This document shows positions 1 through 8,112 of a DNA stretch of 42,451 nucleotides, piece after piece. A program made the translations under genes and the position numbers. Under the pieces are notes generated by a model. It was not told the origin of the DNA and did no database searches. It was given only the letters and a program-made list of their open reading frames with translations. Position 1 is the stretch's first letter. Every line of letters starts with the position of its first letter. This stretch comes from an uncultured Acidobacteriota bacterium (GTDB lineage: Bacteria > Acidobacteriota > Blastocatellia > RBC074): positions 1 to 42,451 of the forward strand of contig CAIKMY010000092.1 in NCBI GenBank assembly GCA_903828635.1, read 5' to 3'.

Positions 1-51
1 CAGGTTGTTATTGAGCCGGAATTTACAGTCAGGCGAGTAAGGAAAGAGGGA

Positions 52-2952
52 GTGATGGAGAGGAAGGGGAAGATACTGGTAACAGTGGTGGGAGCAGTAA
101 TGTCCGTGCTGCTGGCGATGTCTGTCTCTGTAGCCGGGCAGAGCGGGCGCGGTCGTCAGCCTGCGGTACCGCCGCCAAAGCCGACACCGCAGCCGCAGGC
201 ACCGGGGGGAGTGGCCACAGTAGCAGAGGGCGGGAAGCTGGCACGGCAGGAGACATCGGGGATCACTTCACGCTATCAGTTGCGCAATGGGCTGACGGTG
301 TTGGTACGTGAGCGGCACGGTGCGCCACTGGTTGCGGTGACAATGGGGGTGAGGGCAGGTTGGGCCAGCGATCCGAAGGGTATGGAGGGGCTGGCAAAAC
401 TGACGCAGCAGGTGATTCTCGAAAGTGCAGGAGGATCGACGGAGCGCGAGGTAGCAAGACTGGGAGGCTCGATACTCTCCGGGGTTGAGGCAGGTTTTTC
501 GTGGGTAACAATCGTCGCTCCGGCGGAGAGTTACGCGGGTGTGGTCGGGAAACTGGCGTCGCTGATGCTCAACCCTGACTTCAGCGATGAAGTGGTCAGC
601 AGATCAGGGCGTATTCTGTGTCTGAGGGAGGCAGAGGATGCGGCGAGGCCGGGAAATGCCGGGTTGCGGGGCATGCTGGCGACCGCCTTTGCCGGATCAG
701 CACTCGGCAACGGAGGACTGATCTCCGAGACGATGGCCGTGACGGCCGAACAGGCAGGGGCATTTTACCGCCAATACTATGAACCATCGCGCAGTATCAT
801 CGTGGTGACGGGCGACATCTTCTCCCTGCCGGCGCTCAACCGTATCCAGCTCGATTTTGGCGGATATACCAGGATGACTGCGGGGGGTGGAGGCAGCAAT
901 GATGGAGTTGCAGCGGAAAAGTTGGCTGAAGGACTGCGTTACGGGAACGGGCGTTCCGGATCCGGGCTGAGCCATGTGGCAATCGGCTACCGTGTAGCGA
1001 CAAACGCAAGGATACCGTCAAAGGAGCAGGCGACACTGCGGCTGATGGCTGCAATTCTTGGTCTTGGCAAAGGTTCACGCCTCTGGCAGGGATTGCGCGA
1101 GGGGGCAGCCTCGCGTGACCGGAAAAGCGTCGCCATCGAGACGAGCGCGGAGTATGCCTCACTGCCGGGCTATGGCCTGCTGCTGGCGCGGCTGGTGGTT
1201 GAGCCCGAAAGGATCGATCGGGCTGAAGCCGAATATTTCCGTGAGATCGAGCGATTTCGTCGTGAGATTGTCAGTGCAGGAGAGATTGACCGTGCGCGAG
1301 CGATGCTCGAAAAGCGTTACTATGACGCGATGGCCAGCTTCGAGAGTGAGGGGCTGGTGCTGGCGCGTGAGCAGTTGCTGAACGGCGACTATCGGACATT
1401 TGATGAATTTCCGGCGCAATTGAGGGAGGTTACGGCAAAGGATGTGCAAGCGGCGGCGGCAAAGTATCTGACCACAGCCGCGATGGTCGTTTATGAGATC
1501 GAGCCGCTCCGGGCGGCGCCGCGAACCTTCACGCCGGAGAAGTACGCCGAGCTGGTGGCGACCTTTGCCCCGGGTGCCGGACAAGCGATCAAGCCGGAGG
1601 ATATCAGACCGGCGACGGTGCTCAAGACCTTTGCGCAGGGGGCAGAGCGCGTCCGCGTTGTCGAGGGGCAGAACGTGATCGTTGCACCGATGCCCCTGCC
1701 GGTCAAGGATTTCTCGGTGCTGCGCGGTCCGCGAGCCTATGTTCGCGAGGACAAATCGCACCCGAAGCTGGCACTGACGATCGTCTTTCAGGGGGGCCGT
1801 CTCGTCGAGGAGAAGACGACCAGCGGAACAACCGAATTGATGTTGCGGAGCATGCTCAAAAGCACGGCAACACGCAAGGCTGACCTGCTCGCCCTCGAAC
1901 TTGAAAGTTATGGTGCCGATCTGAGAATAGTCAACGAGCCGGACTTTTATGGTTTTTCGCTGGAGGTTCTATCGCGAAACGCCGAACCGGCAGCCAAACT
2001 GCTGCTGGAGATCATCGAGAAGCCCTTCTTCGACAAGGAAGAGGTAGCGAAGGAGCGTGAGCTGCTGCTGGCAGATCAGCAACGAGATGGAGAGAGCCCG
2101 GCGTTACTCAGCAGCGAATTGATGCGACTGGCACTCTTCCCGAATCACCCTTACGGGCTGCCGCGACATGGCCTGGCCGAGGTGGTGAAAGCCATCGACG
2201 AGACGAAGCTGGAGGCGTGGCACGAAAAGACGGTTCGCCGCCAGTATCCACTGGTGACGCTGGTCGGGGACACGGACGGGTCGTCGATGGTCTCGCGGAT
2301 CTTCTCGGATGGGCTCAGGCGGGGAGACCTCGACCGAACACTCAAGGTCAATCTGCCGACGCAGTTCCCGCCGGCCCAGGATCGTGTCGCCGAGTCAGGC
2401 GCGCCGATCACCTCACAAACGATCGGCTTCCGCATCCTCAGCCAGTCGCTGACGGGTCAGTACGACCTGCAGGCACTGACAATGCTTGAGCATCTGCTGG
2501 CCTCAGGACGAATGCCTGATGACCTGCGCGAGAAGGGGCTGCTGACAGCATCGATCAGCACAAGAATGGAGCAACGATTGGCAGCGGGACTATTTCAGAC
2601 ACGGCTGACCACCAGACCGGGTGACGAGACGGGTGCGATCGACACCGTGTTGCGCAGCCTCCAGCAACTGGCCGGAAACGACCCGAGCGACGAAGAGTTC
2701 GAATTTGCACGGAATGCGGCAATCGGCCGTTACGCCATCGCCCTGCAGTCACACATCGAACGATCGCTTGAGTATTCACGTGCCGCCTTGTACGGTCGCA
2801 AGCCGGCCGATGTCGAGAGCCAGCCTGAGGCCATGGTCTCGGTCAGAAAGACCGACCTGCGACGAGTCGCCGAGGGTACCTTCAGGAACATCCAGATCGG
2901 GCGTGGCATTGTGCGAGGCCCGCAAACAGTAAACGTCAAAAGCGGCCAATGA
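52..2952 (+). CDS. Secreted M16 (pitrilysin/insulinase) family protein, two tandem M16 units, apparently non-catalytic
   Basis: Signal peptide and Pro-rich linker, then LRNGLTVLVRE..PLVAV..GV.AG (M16 N-terminus). Second unit starts at GPRAYVREDKSHP; HPYGLP and LREKG motifs present. HxxEH is replaced by KLTQQ. Start is GTG 52 or ATG 55 after AGAGGG. Confidence 0.85.
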   Translation: MMERKGKILVTVVGAVMSVLLAMSVSVAGQSGRGRQPAVPPPKPTPQPQAPGGVATVAEGGKLARQETSGITSRYQLRNGLTVLVRERHGAPLVAVTMGVRAGWASDPKGMEGLAKLTQQVILESAGGSTEREVARLGGSILSGVEAGFSWVTIVAPAESYAGVVGKLASLMLNPDFSDEVVSRSGRILCLREAEDAARPGNAGLRGMLATAFAGSALGNGGLISETMAVTAEQAGAFYRQYYEPSRSIIVVTGDIFSLPALNRIQLDFGGYTRMTAGGGGSNDGVAAEKLAEGLRYGNGRSGSGLSHVAIGYRVATNARIPSKEQATLRLMAAILGLGKGSRLWQGLREGAASRDRKSVAIETSAEYASLPGYGLLLARLVVEPERIDRAEAEYFREIERFRREIVSAGEIDRARAMLEKRYYDAMASFESEGLVLAREQLLNGDYRTFDEFPAQLREVTAKDVQAAAAKYLTTAAMVVYEIEPLRAAPRTFTPEKYAELVATFAPGAGQAIKPEDIRPATVLKTFAQGAERVRVVEGQNVIVAPMPLPVKDFSVLRGPRAYVREDKSHPKLALTIVFQGGRLVEEKTTSGTTELMLRSMLKSTATRKADLLALELESYGADLRIVNEPDFYGFSLEVLSRNAEPAAKLLLEIIEKPFFDKEEVAKERELLLADQQRDGESPALLSSELMRLALFPNHPYGLPRHGLAEVVKAIDETKLEAWHEKTVRRQYPLVTLVGDTDGSSMVSRIFSDGLRRGDLDRTLKVNLPTQFPPAQDRVAESGAPITSQTIGFRILSQSLTGQYDLQALTMLEHLLASGRMPDDLREKGLLTASISTRMEQRLAAGLFQTRLTTRPGDETGAIDTVLRSLQQLAGNDPSDEEFEFARNAAIGRYAIALQSHIERSLEYSRAALYGRKPADVESQPEAMVSVRKTDLRRVAEGTFRNIQIGRGIVRGPQTVNVKSGQ

Positions 2953-4094
2953 ACGGTGAATTCGACTTCATCGAGCATATCCGCCGTCGGGCACAGAGAC
3001 TGGCGGCTCCGGTCGATCTCATTCGCGGGATTGGCGATGATACGGCCATTCTCGGCCAGCGGACTGGCAAAGAAACACTAATCACGGTTGATCTGCTGGT
3101 CGAAGAGGTCGACTTCAGGCTCGACTATGCAATACCGCGCTGGCTGGGCCACAAATCGCTGGCCGTCAGCCTGAGCGATATCGCCGCGATGGGTGGAAGG
3201 CCGCGGTTTTCGCTGCTGACGCTCGGGATAACGCCACAACTCACCTTTCGCGAGCAGACGGAGAGCATCGCACATTTCTGGGAGGAGTTCTTCGCCGGCT
3301 ATTTTGAGCTTGCCGAACGGCACGGCGTCACCCTCGTTGGAGGTGATATCTCTTCGATGCCGGGCAGACTGACAATCGACTCGATCCTGCTTGGAGAATG
3401 TCATGCGGGTCAGGCGGTGAAACGAAGCGGGGCACGGCCGGGAGATGGGATCTATGTCACCGGCGAGCTCGGCGCTTCGGCGGTCGGGCTGCGGCTCCTC
3501 CTCGAAGGTGCGCGTCCCGGTCAGGAGATGAGCGACTGGCAACGGGCCGCGATTGAGGCTCACCTGCGGCCAATCCCGCGGGTGGAGGCTGGCCGTGATC
3601 TTGGCGAGTCACAGCTGGCTGGCGCCATGATTGACATCAGTGATGGACTGGCCCGGGACCTTGGCCATCTCTGCGAGGAGGGCCGCGTCGCCGCAGTCAT
3701 CACCCGTGACGCGATCCCGGTTTCGCCCTGCCTCTTGCAACTCGATGCCAGCGACGACGAGCGACTCCACCTTGCCATTGCTGGCGGCGAGGATTTTGAG
3801 CTGCTCTTCACCGCTCCTCCCGCGAAAGAGGCCGAAATCGGTGCCGTTGCCACCAGCCATGACCTGAAGATTACCCGTATCGGAGAGATCATCGAGCCAC
3901 GCGATGGTCAGCCGCCATTGCTGCTGCTTGACCGCGGAAAGATGCGCCCGATTGCGCCCCTTGGCTTTGACCATTTCACGATGCCTGATGAGCCTCGCGT
4001 GTGTATGACCATGCCCAGGCTATCAGGAGAAACTGCAACGGCATCCGTATCCAGTGAAAGAGCAACGGAAGCTCCGGATAGAGATGGCGGTTGA
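2949..4094 (+). CDS. thiL: Thiamine-monophosphate kinase
   Basis: GEFDFI start, GIGDDTA, SLSDIAAMGG, LVGGD, RSGARPGD.IYVTG.LG, MIDISDGL, GGEDFELLFT and GFDHF motifs. ATGA overlap with the upstream gene. Confidence 0.95.
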   Translation: MNGEFDFIEHIRRRAQRLAAPVDLIRGIGDDTAILGQRTGKETLITVDLLVEEVDFRLDYAIPRWLGHKSLAVSLSDIAAMGGRPRFSLLTLGITPQLTFREQTESIAHFWEEFFAGYFELAERHGVTLVGGDISSMPGRLTIDSILLGECHAGQAVKRSGARPGDGIYVTGELGASAVGLRLLLEGARPGQEMSDWQRAAIEAHLRPIPRVEAGRDLGESQLAGAMIDISDGLARDLGHLCEEGRVAAVITRDAIPVSPCLLQLDASDDERLHLAIAGGEDFELLFTAPPAKEAEIGAVATSHDLKITRIGEIIEPRDGQPPLLLLDRGKMRPIAPLGFDHFTMPDEPRVCMTMPRLSGETATASVSSERATEAPDRDGG

Positions 4095-4356
4095 CCAGCA
4101 TATGAATGTTGGCCGGATAGACTGCCAGCAGCAGGAGAATCACCCCCCATGCTGCCAGCCGGCGATAGCGTGGTAAAAGCAGCAGCAGCCCGAGAATAAA
4201 TTCGATCGCTCCAGCCATCAGGTGCAATGCCGACGGCCACGGAAGGTATGGCGGCATGATCCGCAAATAGAAATCGGGATTGATGAAGTGATTGACCCCG
4301 GCGGTCACATAGAACATGGCCTGAAAATATAGCAGAATCTTTTTGACTGTCGTCAT
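3976..4356 (-). CDS. DoxX-like small membrane protein
   Basis: About four hydrophobic segments with AGVNHF.NPDFY.RIMPPYLP, LLAVYPANI and RMPLQ, typical of the DoxX-like membrane family. Confidence 0.8.
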   Translation of the reverse strand: MTTVKKILLYFQAMFYVTAGVNHFINPDFYLRIMPPYLPWPSALHLMAGAIEFILGLLLLLPRYRRLAAWGVILLLLAVYPANIHMLVNRHLYPELPLLFHWIRMPLQFLLIAWAWSYTREAHQAS

Positions 4357-4409
4357 TCCGGGTATCCCCCTGTCTCACGAATTAAAGCGAATCGAAACCC
4401 GAATCCGGG

Positions 4410-5051
4410 TCAGTTGATCAGGCCATTACGAAAAGCAAAGCGCACCAGTTCACCGACGCTGTGGAGATTGAGCTTCTCCATGATGCGGCCGCGATGAGAG
4501 TCGACGGTATAGGTGCTGATATCGAGCGTCAGGGCAATCTCCTTGTTGGTTCGCCCCTCGGCGATCATCTGCAACACCTCGCGTTCGCGGGTTGTCAGCA
4601 TGTCGATGGGATCGGTGACGTGCTTACGATAGTCGCTGAGCACGGCATCAGAAACCTCCGGGCTGAGATATCCTTGTCCGGCAGCGAGGGCACGCACGGC
4701 GAAGAGCAGGTCTTTATCTCCAGCCTCTTTCAGCAGATAACCGCTGGCCCCGGCACGCAGAATTTCACGAACATAGACCGAATCGCGATGCATGCTCAGG
4801 GCAAGGATGCGGGTGCGCGGCGAGATGGCCAGCAACCGTCGTGTCGCCTCGATACCGTTGAGTTCCGGCATCGAGACATCCATCAGCACGACATCGGGCT
4901 GCAACTGCTCGGCGAGGGTAATAACCTCACGGCCATTGGCCGCTTCACCAATGACACTGAGATCGGGCTCGGCGGCAAGAATCATGCGAAATCCCTGACG
5001 AACGACCGCATGATCGTCGGCAATCAGAATGGTCGTACTTTTTCGCGACAC
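4410..5051 (-). CDS. NarL/FixJ (LuxR-type) DNA-binding response regulator
   Basis: ILIADDHAVVRQG, PDVVLMDVSMP (phospho-Asp), GASGYLLK, LTTREREVLQMIAEGRTNKEIA HTH. Start reassigned to GTG 5051, which follows GAGGAG and the kinase stop codon. Confidence 0.93.
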   Translation of the reverse strand: MSRKSTTILIADDHAVVRQGFRMILAAEPDLSVIGEAANGREVITLAEQLQPDVVLMDVSMPELNGIEATRRLLAISPRTRILALSMHRDSVYVREILRAGASGYLLKEAGDKDLLFAVRALAAGQGYLSPEVSDAVLSDYRKHVTDPIDMLTTREREVLQMIAEGRTNKEIALTLDISTYTVDSHRGRIMEKLNLHSVGELVRFAFRNGLIN

Positions 5052-5055
5052 GGCA

Positions 5056-6366
5056 CTACTCCTCGCCCGGCGGGCTCTCCTCGTGCGGCGGCCTCGCGGG
5101 CACGCGAATGGCGACACGGACTCCGCCGGATGCCTGAACGGTTTCAATATTTGAGATGCTGAAAACACCGCCAAGCTGCTCGGCACGAGCCCGCATACCG
5201 GTCAGTCCCAATCCGGGAGCACGTCCGGGAACCACGGGCCCCGATTGCTTCCTCGGCAAACCGCTGCCGTTGTCGGTGATCGTCAGCATAATTTCGCCAC
5301 CAACTTGTTCAAGCTCAAGGCGAATGCGGGTCGCGCCGGCATTCCTCGCCACATTGGTCAGCGCCTCCTGTGTAATCCGGTAGAGATGGGTCTCGACATC
5401 ATCTTCGAGACGGCCAACGTCCTGAAAATCGGTCTCAACCTGAATTCGTGTCCGCTCTTCGAATCGCTCGGCAAGCCAGCGCAGAGCTGCCGGCAGCCCG
5501 AAATCATCAAGAATCACCGGACGCAGCAACTGGGATAATTCACGCACATTGCCGATGGCCTCGTCAAGAAGGCTCAGGCAGGCGCCACGGCGCACCTGAA
5601 GTTCGTGTGGCTGCACAATGGAGATCGTGGCCTTGAGTGCTGTCAGTGACTGACCAAGTTCGTCGTGCAGCTCGTGTGAGAAGCGACGTGCTGCCTCTTC
5701 CTGCCCCTGAATCAGATGCCACGAGACGCGGTTGATCTCCGTTGCCTGCCAGGCAATTCGACGCATCGACTGGAGGGTGAAGCGGATGGTGACCACCGCA
5801 CAGGCCAGCGAGATCAAAATTGCGCCAATCAGCAGGCTGCCTGTTTCACTTGCCAACCGGGTCGAGGCCTCTTCAATGCTCACTCCACCGGCAGCGGCAC
5901 CAAGGGCATCGAGCTTCAGCGCCTCATCGATCAGCCGGATGAAGTCATCGTAACGCTGCTCGACAAGTGTCAGAGCCACTTTCCGACTCATCGCCTGTTT
6001 TATCGTCGAAGAATAGGCTGCTCCGGCCTGATTCAACTGATCCCAGATCGGACTGGGCAGAACCCGTCCCCCCTCCCGCGTCAGTTCCGGCAGGATACCC
6101 TCAAACTCTCGCAGTCGCTCATCGATGCGGCCAAAATCGGAGCGTGCGACGATCAGCAGCAGCGTGCTGGCACGATGCTGCTCAAGTTCGAGCCTTTCGA
6201 TCAGCTTGACGGCAAAGAGATGATCACCGACGAGGATGTTTGCCTGGCGGCGAATCTCCTCCGCCTGGCGTAGTCCGAGCCATGCGAGTACCGCGAGGAT
6301 GACAATCACCAGCGTGAAACCGGCGGTCAGAATCCACAATGAGCGATTGGCAGTTTTATATGGCAC
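5056..6366 (-). CDS. Membrane-bound sensor histidine kinase (HisKA_3, NarX/UhpB class)
   Basis: Two TM helices flank a helical extracytoplasmic domain of about 140 aa. H-box ELHDELGQSL, N-box QEALTNV, DNGSG and GLGLTGM G-boxes. Confidence 0.92.
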   Translation of the reverse strand: MPYKTANRSLWILTAGFTLVIVILAVLAWLGLRQAEEIRRQANILVGDHLFAVKLIERLELEQHRASTLLLIVARSDFGRIDERLREFEGILPELTREGGRVLPSPIWDQLNQAGAAYSSTIKQAMSRKVALTLVEQRYDDFIRLIDEALKLDALGAAAGGVSIEEASTRLASETGSLLIGAILISLACAVVTIRFTLQSMRRIAWQATEINRVSWHLIQGQEEAARRFSHELHDELGQSLTALKATISIVQPHELQVRRGACLSLLDEAIGNVRELSQLLRPVILDDFGLPAALRWLAERFEERTRIQVETDFQDVGRLEDDVETHLYRITQEALTNVARNAGATRIRLELEQVGGEIMLTITDNGSGLPRKQSGPVVPGRAPGLGLTGMRARAEQLGGVFSISNIETVQASGGVRVAIRVPARPPHEESPPGEE

Positions 6367-6393
6367 CCATCCCCCCCAAATTGGTCAGCAAAC

Positions 6394-6437
6394 ATCCCCG
6401 ATCGGGGGGATATCGTCACCAGCGACGATCGCATAAT
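6394..6437 (+). promoter_or_regulatory. Candidate activator site (ATCCCC-N6-GGGGAT) and -10 element (CATAAT) for the SulP-dab operon
   Basis: Inverted repeat at 6394-6411 (core CCCCGATCGGGG) and CATAAT at 6432-6437. The repeat centre falls at about -41.5 if +1 is near 6444. Confidence 0.45.
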
Positions 6438-6502
6438 CTGCAACGCGACTGAGCAACAATGGTGTCAATGATCGCTCGATACTGTCAATGGGGAAATTAA
6501 CG

Positions 6503-8095
6503 ATGAACGCATCCTCCGCAAAAACATGGAAGACCGACATGGGCTCGGGTTTTCTGGTATTTCTGATTGCTCTTCCACTCTGTCTTGGCATCTCGATGGC
6601 GAGTGGATTTCCGCCGGTAGCAGGAATTCTGACGGCGATCGTCGGCGGCATGATCACAAAATTCATTGGAAGCGCACGGCTGACGATCAAAGGGCCGGCA
6701 GCAGGGCTGATCGTCATCGCCCTTGGTGCAGTGACGGAGCTGAGCAACGGGGATCCTGTCGGCGGATATCGACGCGCACTGGCGGTCGGGGTGGTTGCCG
6801 GGGTGCTGCAGATCCTGCTGGCGCTCGGACGCACGGGGGTGGTTGGTGAGTTGATGCCATCGGCGGTGGTTCACGGCATGCTGGCAGCCATCGGCGTGAT
6901 CATCATCTCGAAGCAGACCCACACGCTGTTGGGGGTGACGCCAGAGGGCAAGGAACCACTCCACCTGCTGGCGGAGATCCCGCACAGCCTCACCCGACTC
7001 AATCCGGAAGTCTTTGTCATCGGGCTGGTATCACTGATTGTTCTCTTCGGGCTGCCTCTGATCAAACAGAAGTGGGCACGCAAGGTGCCGGGGCCGATGA
7101 TCGTCCTCGCGCTGGCAGTACCGCTCGGGTTTATCTTTGATCTGCGCGACGAGCATAACTATTCGCTGCTCGGCCACATCTATCACCTTGGTCCGAAACT
7201 GCTCATCCGCCTGCCGGGATCGCTGCTCGGCGCGCTCTCGTTCCCGGATTTCTCGCAGATACTCAGTCCGGTGTCGATCAAATACATCATTATGTTTACG
7301 CTGGTGGGATCGATCGAATCCCTGCTGAGCGTGACCGCGGTCGATTCACTTGATCCCGAGAAGCAGACGAGCGACCTCAATCGTGACCTCCTTGCGGTCG
7401 GAGTTGGCAACACGATCGCCGCAGCGATTGGCGGACTGCCAATGATCTCGGAGATCGTCCGCAGCAAAGCCAATATCGACAATGGTGCGAAGAGCGCCTG
7501 GTCAAATTTCTTTCACGGTACATTCCTGCTGCTCTCGGTGGCGCTGATCCCCGGGCTGCTGCAACAGATCCCGCTGGCGGCACTGGCGGCGATGCTGATC
7601 TACACTGGTCTGCGCCTGGCGTCACCAAGCGAATTCAAACACGTCTACCACGTCGGGCCGGAGCAGTTGCTGATCTTCGTGACGACAATGATGGTAACCC
7701 TGATGACCGATCTGCTGGTCGGCGTCGGAATCGGGCTGGTACTCAAAATCGTGCTTCATCTGGTCAATGGTGCTCCGCTGAAGAGCCTCTTCCGCAGCAT
7801 CATCGAAGAGAAACAGGAGGGCGACACGCTGACACTCGAGGTGCGTGACGCGGCGATCTTCACCAATTTCCTCGGACTGAGCAATCGTCTGAAGTCACTG
7901 GATGCCTCGGTTCGCCGGGTGGTGATCGATTTCGAGAATGCGTTGGTCGTCGATCACACAGTGCTCAACAAGCTGTCAGGGTTGTCAGGACGTTGGACGG
8001 ATCGTGAAATGGTGCTGGTCGGACTCGACAATCACAAGCCATTTTCGAATCACGATCTGGCAGCGCGGAAGCGTTCCCGTCAGGGAGCAGCTTAA
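6503..8095 (+). CDS. SulP/SLC26 inorganic anion (probably bicarbonate) transporter with short STAS-like C-terminus
   Basis: GFLVFLIALPLCLGIS.ASG, IKGPAAGL, GSIESLLS, GGLPMISEIVRS.ANI and IPLAALAA SulP motifs. Start is ATG 6503 (GGGGA SD) or ATG 6488. Confidence 0.92.
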   Translation: MNASSAKTWKTDMGSGFLVFLIALPLCLGISMASGFPPVAGILTAIVGGMITKFIGSARLTIKGPAAGLIVIALGAVTELSNGDPVGGYRRALAVGVVAGVLQILLALGRTGVVGELMPSAVVHGMLAAIGVIIISKQTHTLLGVTPEGKEPLHLLAEIPHSLTRLNPEVFVIGLVSLIVLFGLPLIKQKWARKVPGPMIVLALAVPLGFIFDLRDEHNYSLLGHIYHLGPKLLIRLPGSLLGALSFPDFSQILSPVSIKYIIMFTLVGSIESLLSVTAVDSLDPEKQTSDLNRDLLAVGVGNTIAAAIGGLPMISEIVRSKANIDNGAKSAWSNFFHGTFLLLSVALIPGLLQQIPLAALAAMLIYTGLRLASPSEFKHVYHVGPEQLLIFVTTMMVTLMTDLLVGVGIGLVLKIVLHLVNGAPLKSLFRSIIEEKQEGDTLTLEVRDAAIFTNFLGLSNRLKSLDASVRRVVIDFENALVVDHTVLNKLSGLSGRWTDREMVLVGLDNHKPFSNHDLAARKRSRQGAA

Positions 8096-8112
8096 CAGGA
8101 GTCTGTTGAACA

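Noticed and set aside
2900-2960. TPP riboswitch ahead of thiL
   Set aside because: There is no intergenic space because thiL overlaps the upstream stop, and no TPP aptamer consensus is visible.
5052-5186. N-terminal extensions in the ORF track (response regulator from 5186, dabB from 10961, etfB from 33173, TIM-barrel from 35839, quinone oxidoreductase from 26191)
   Set aside because: The extensions overlap neighbours or are non-homologous. Downstream starts match family N-termini and in several cases have SD sequences.
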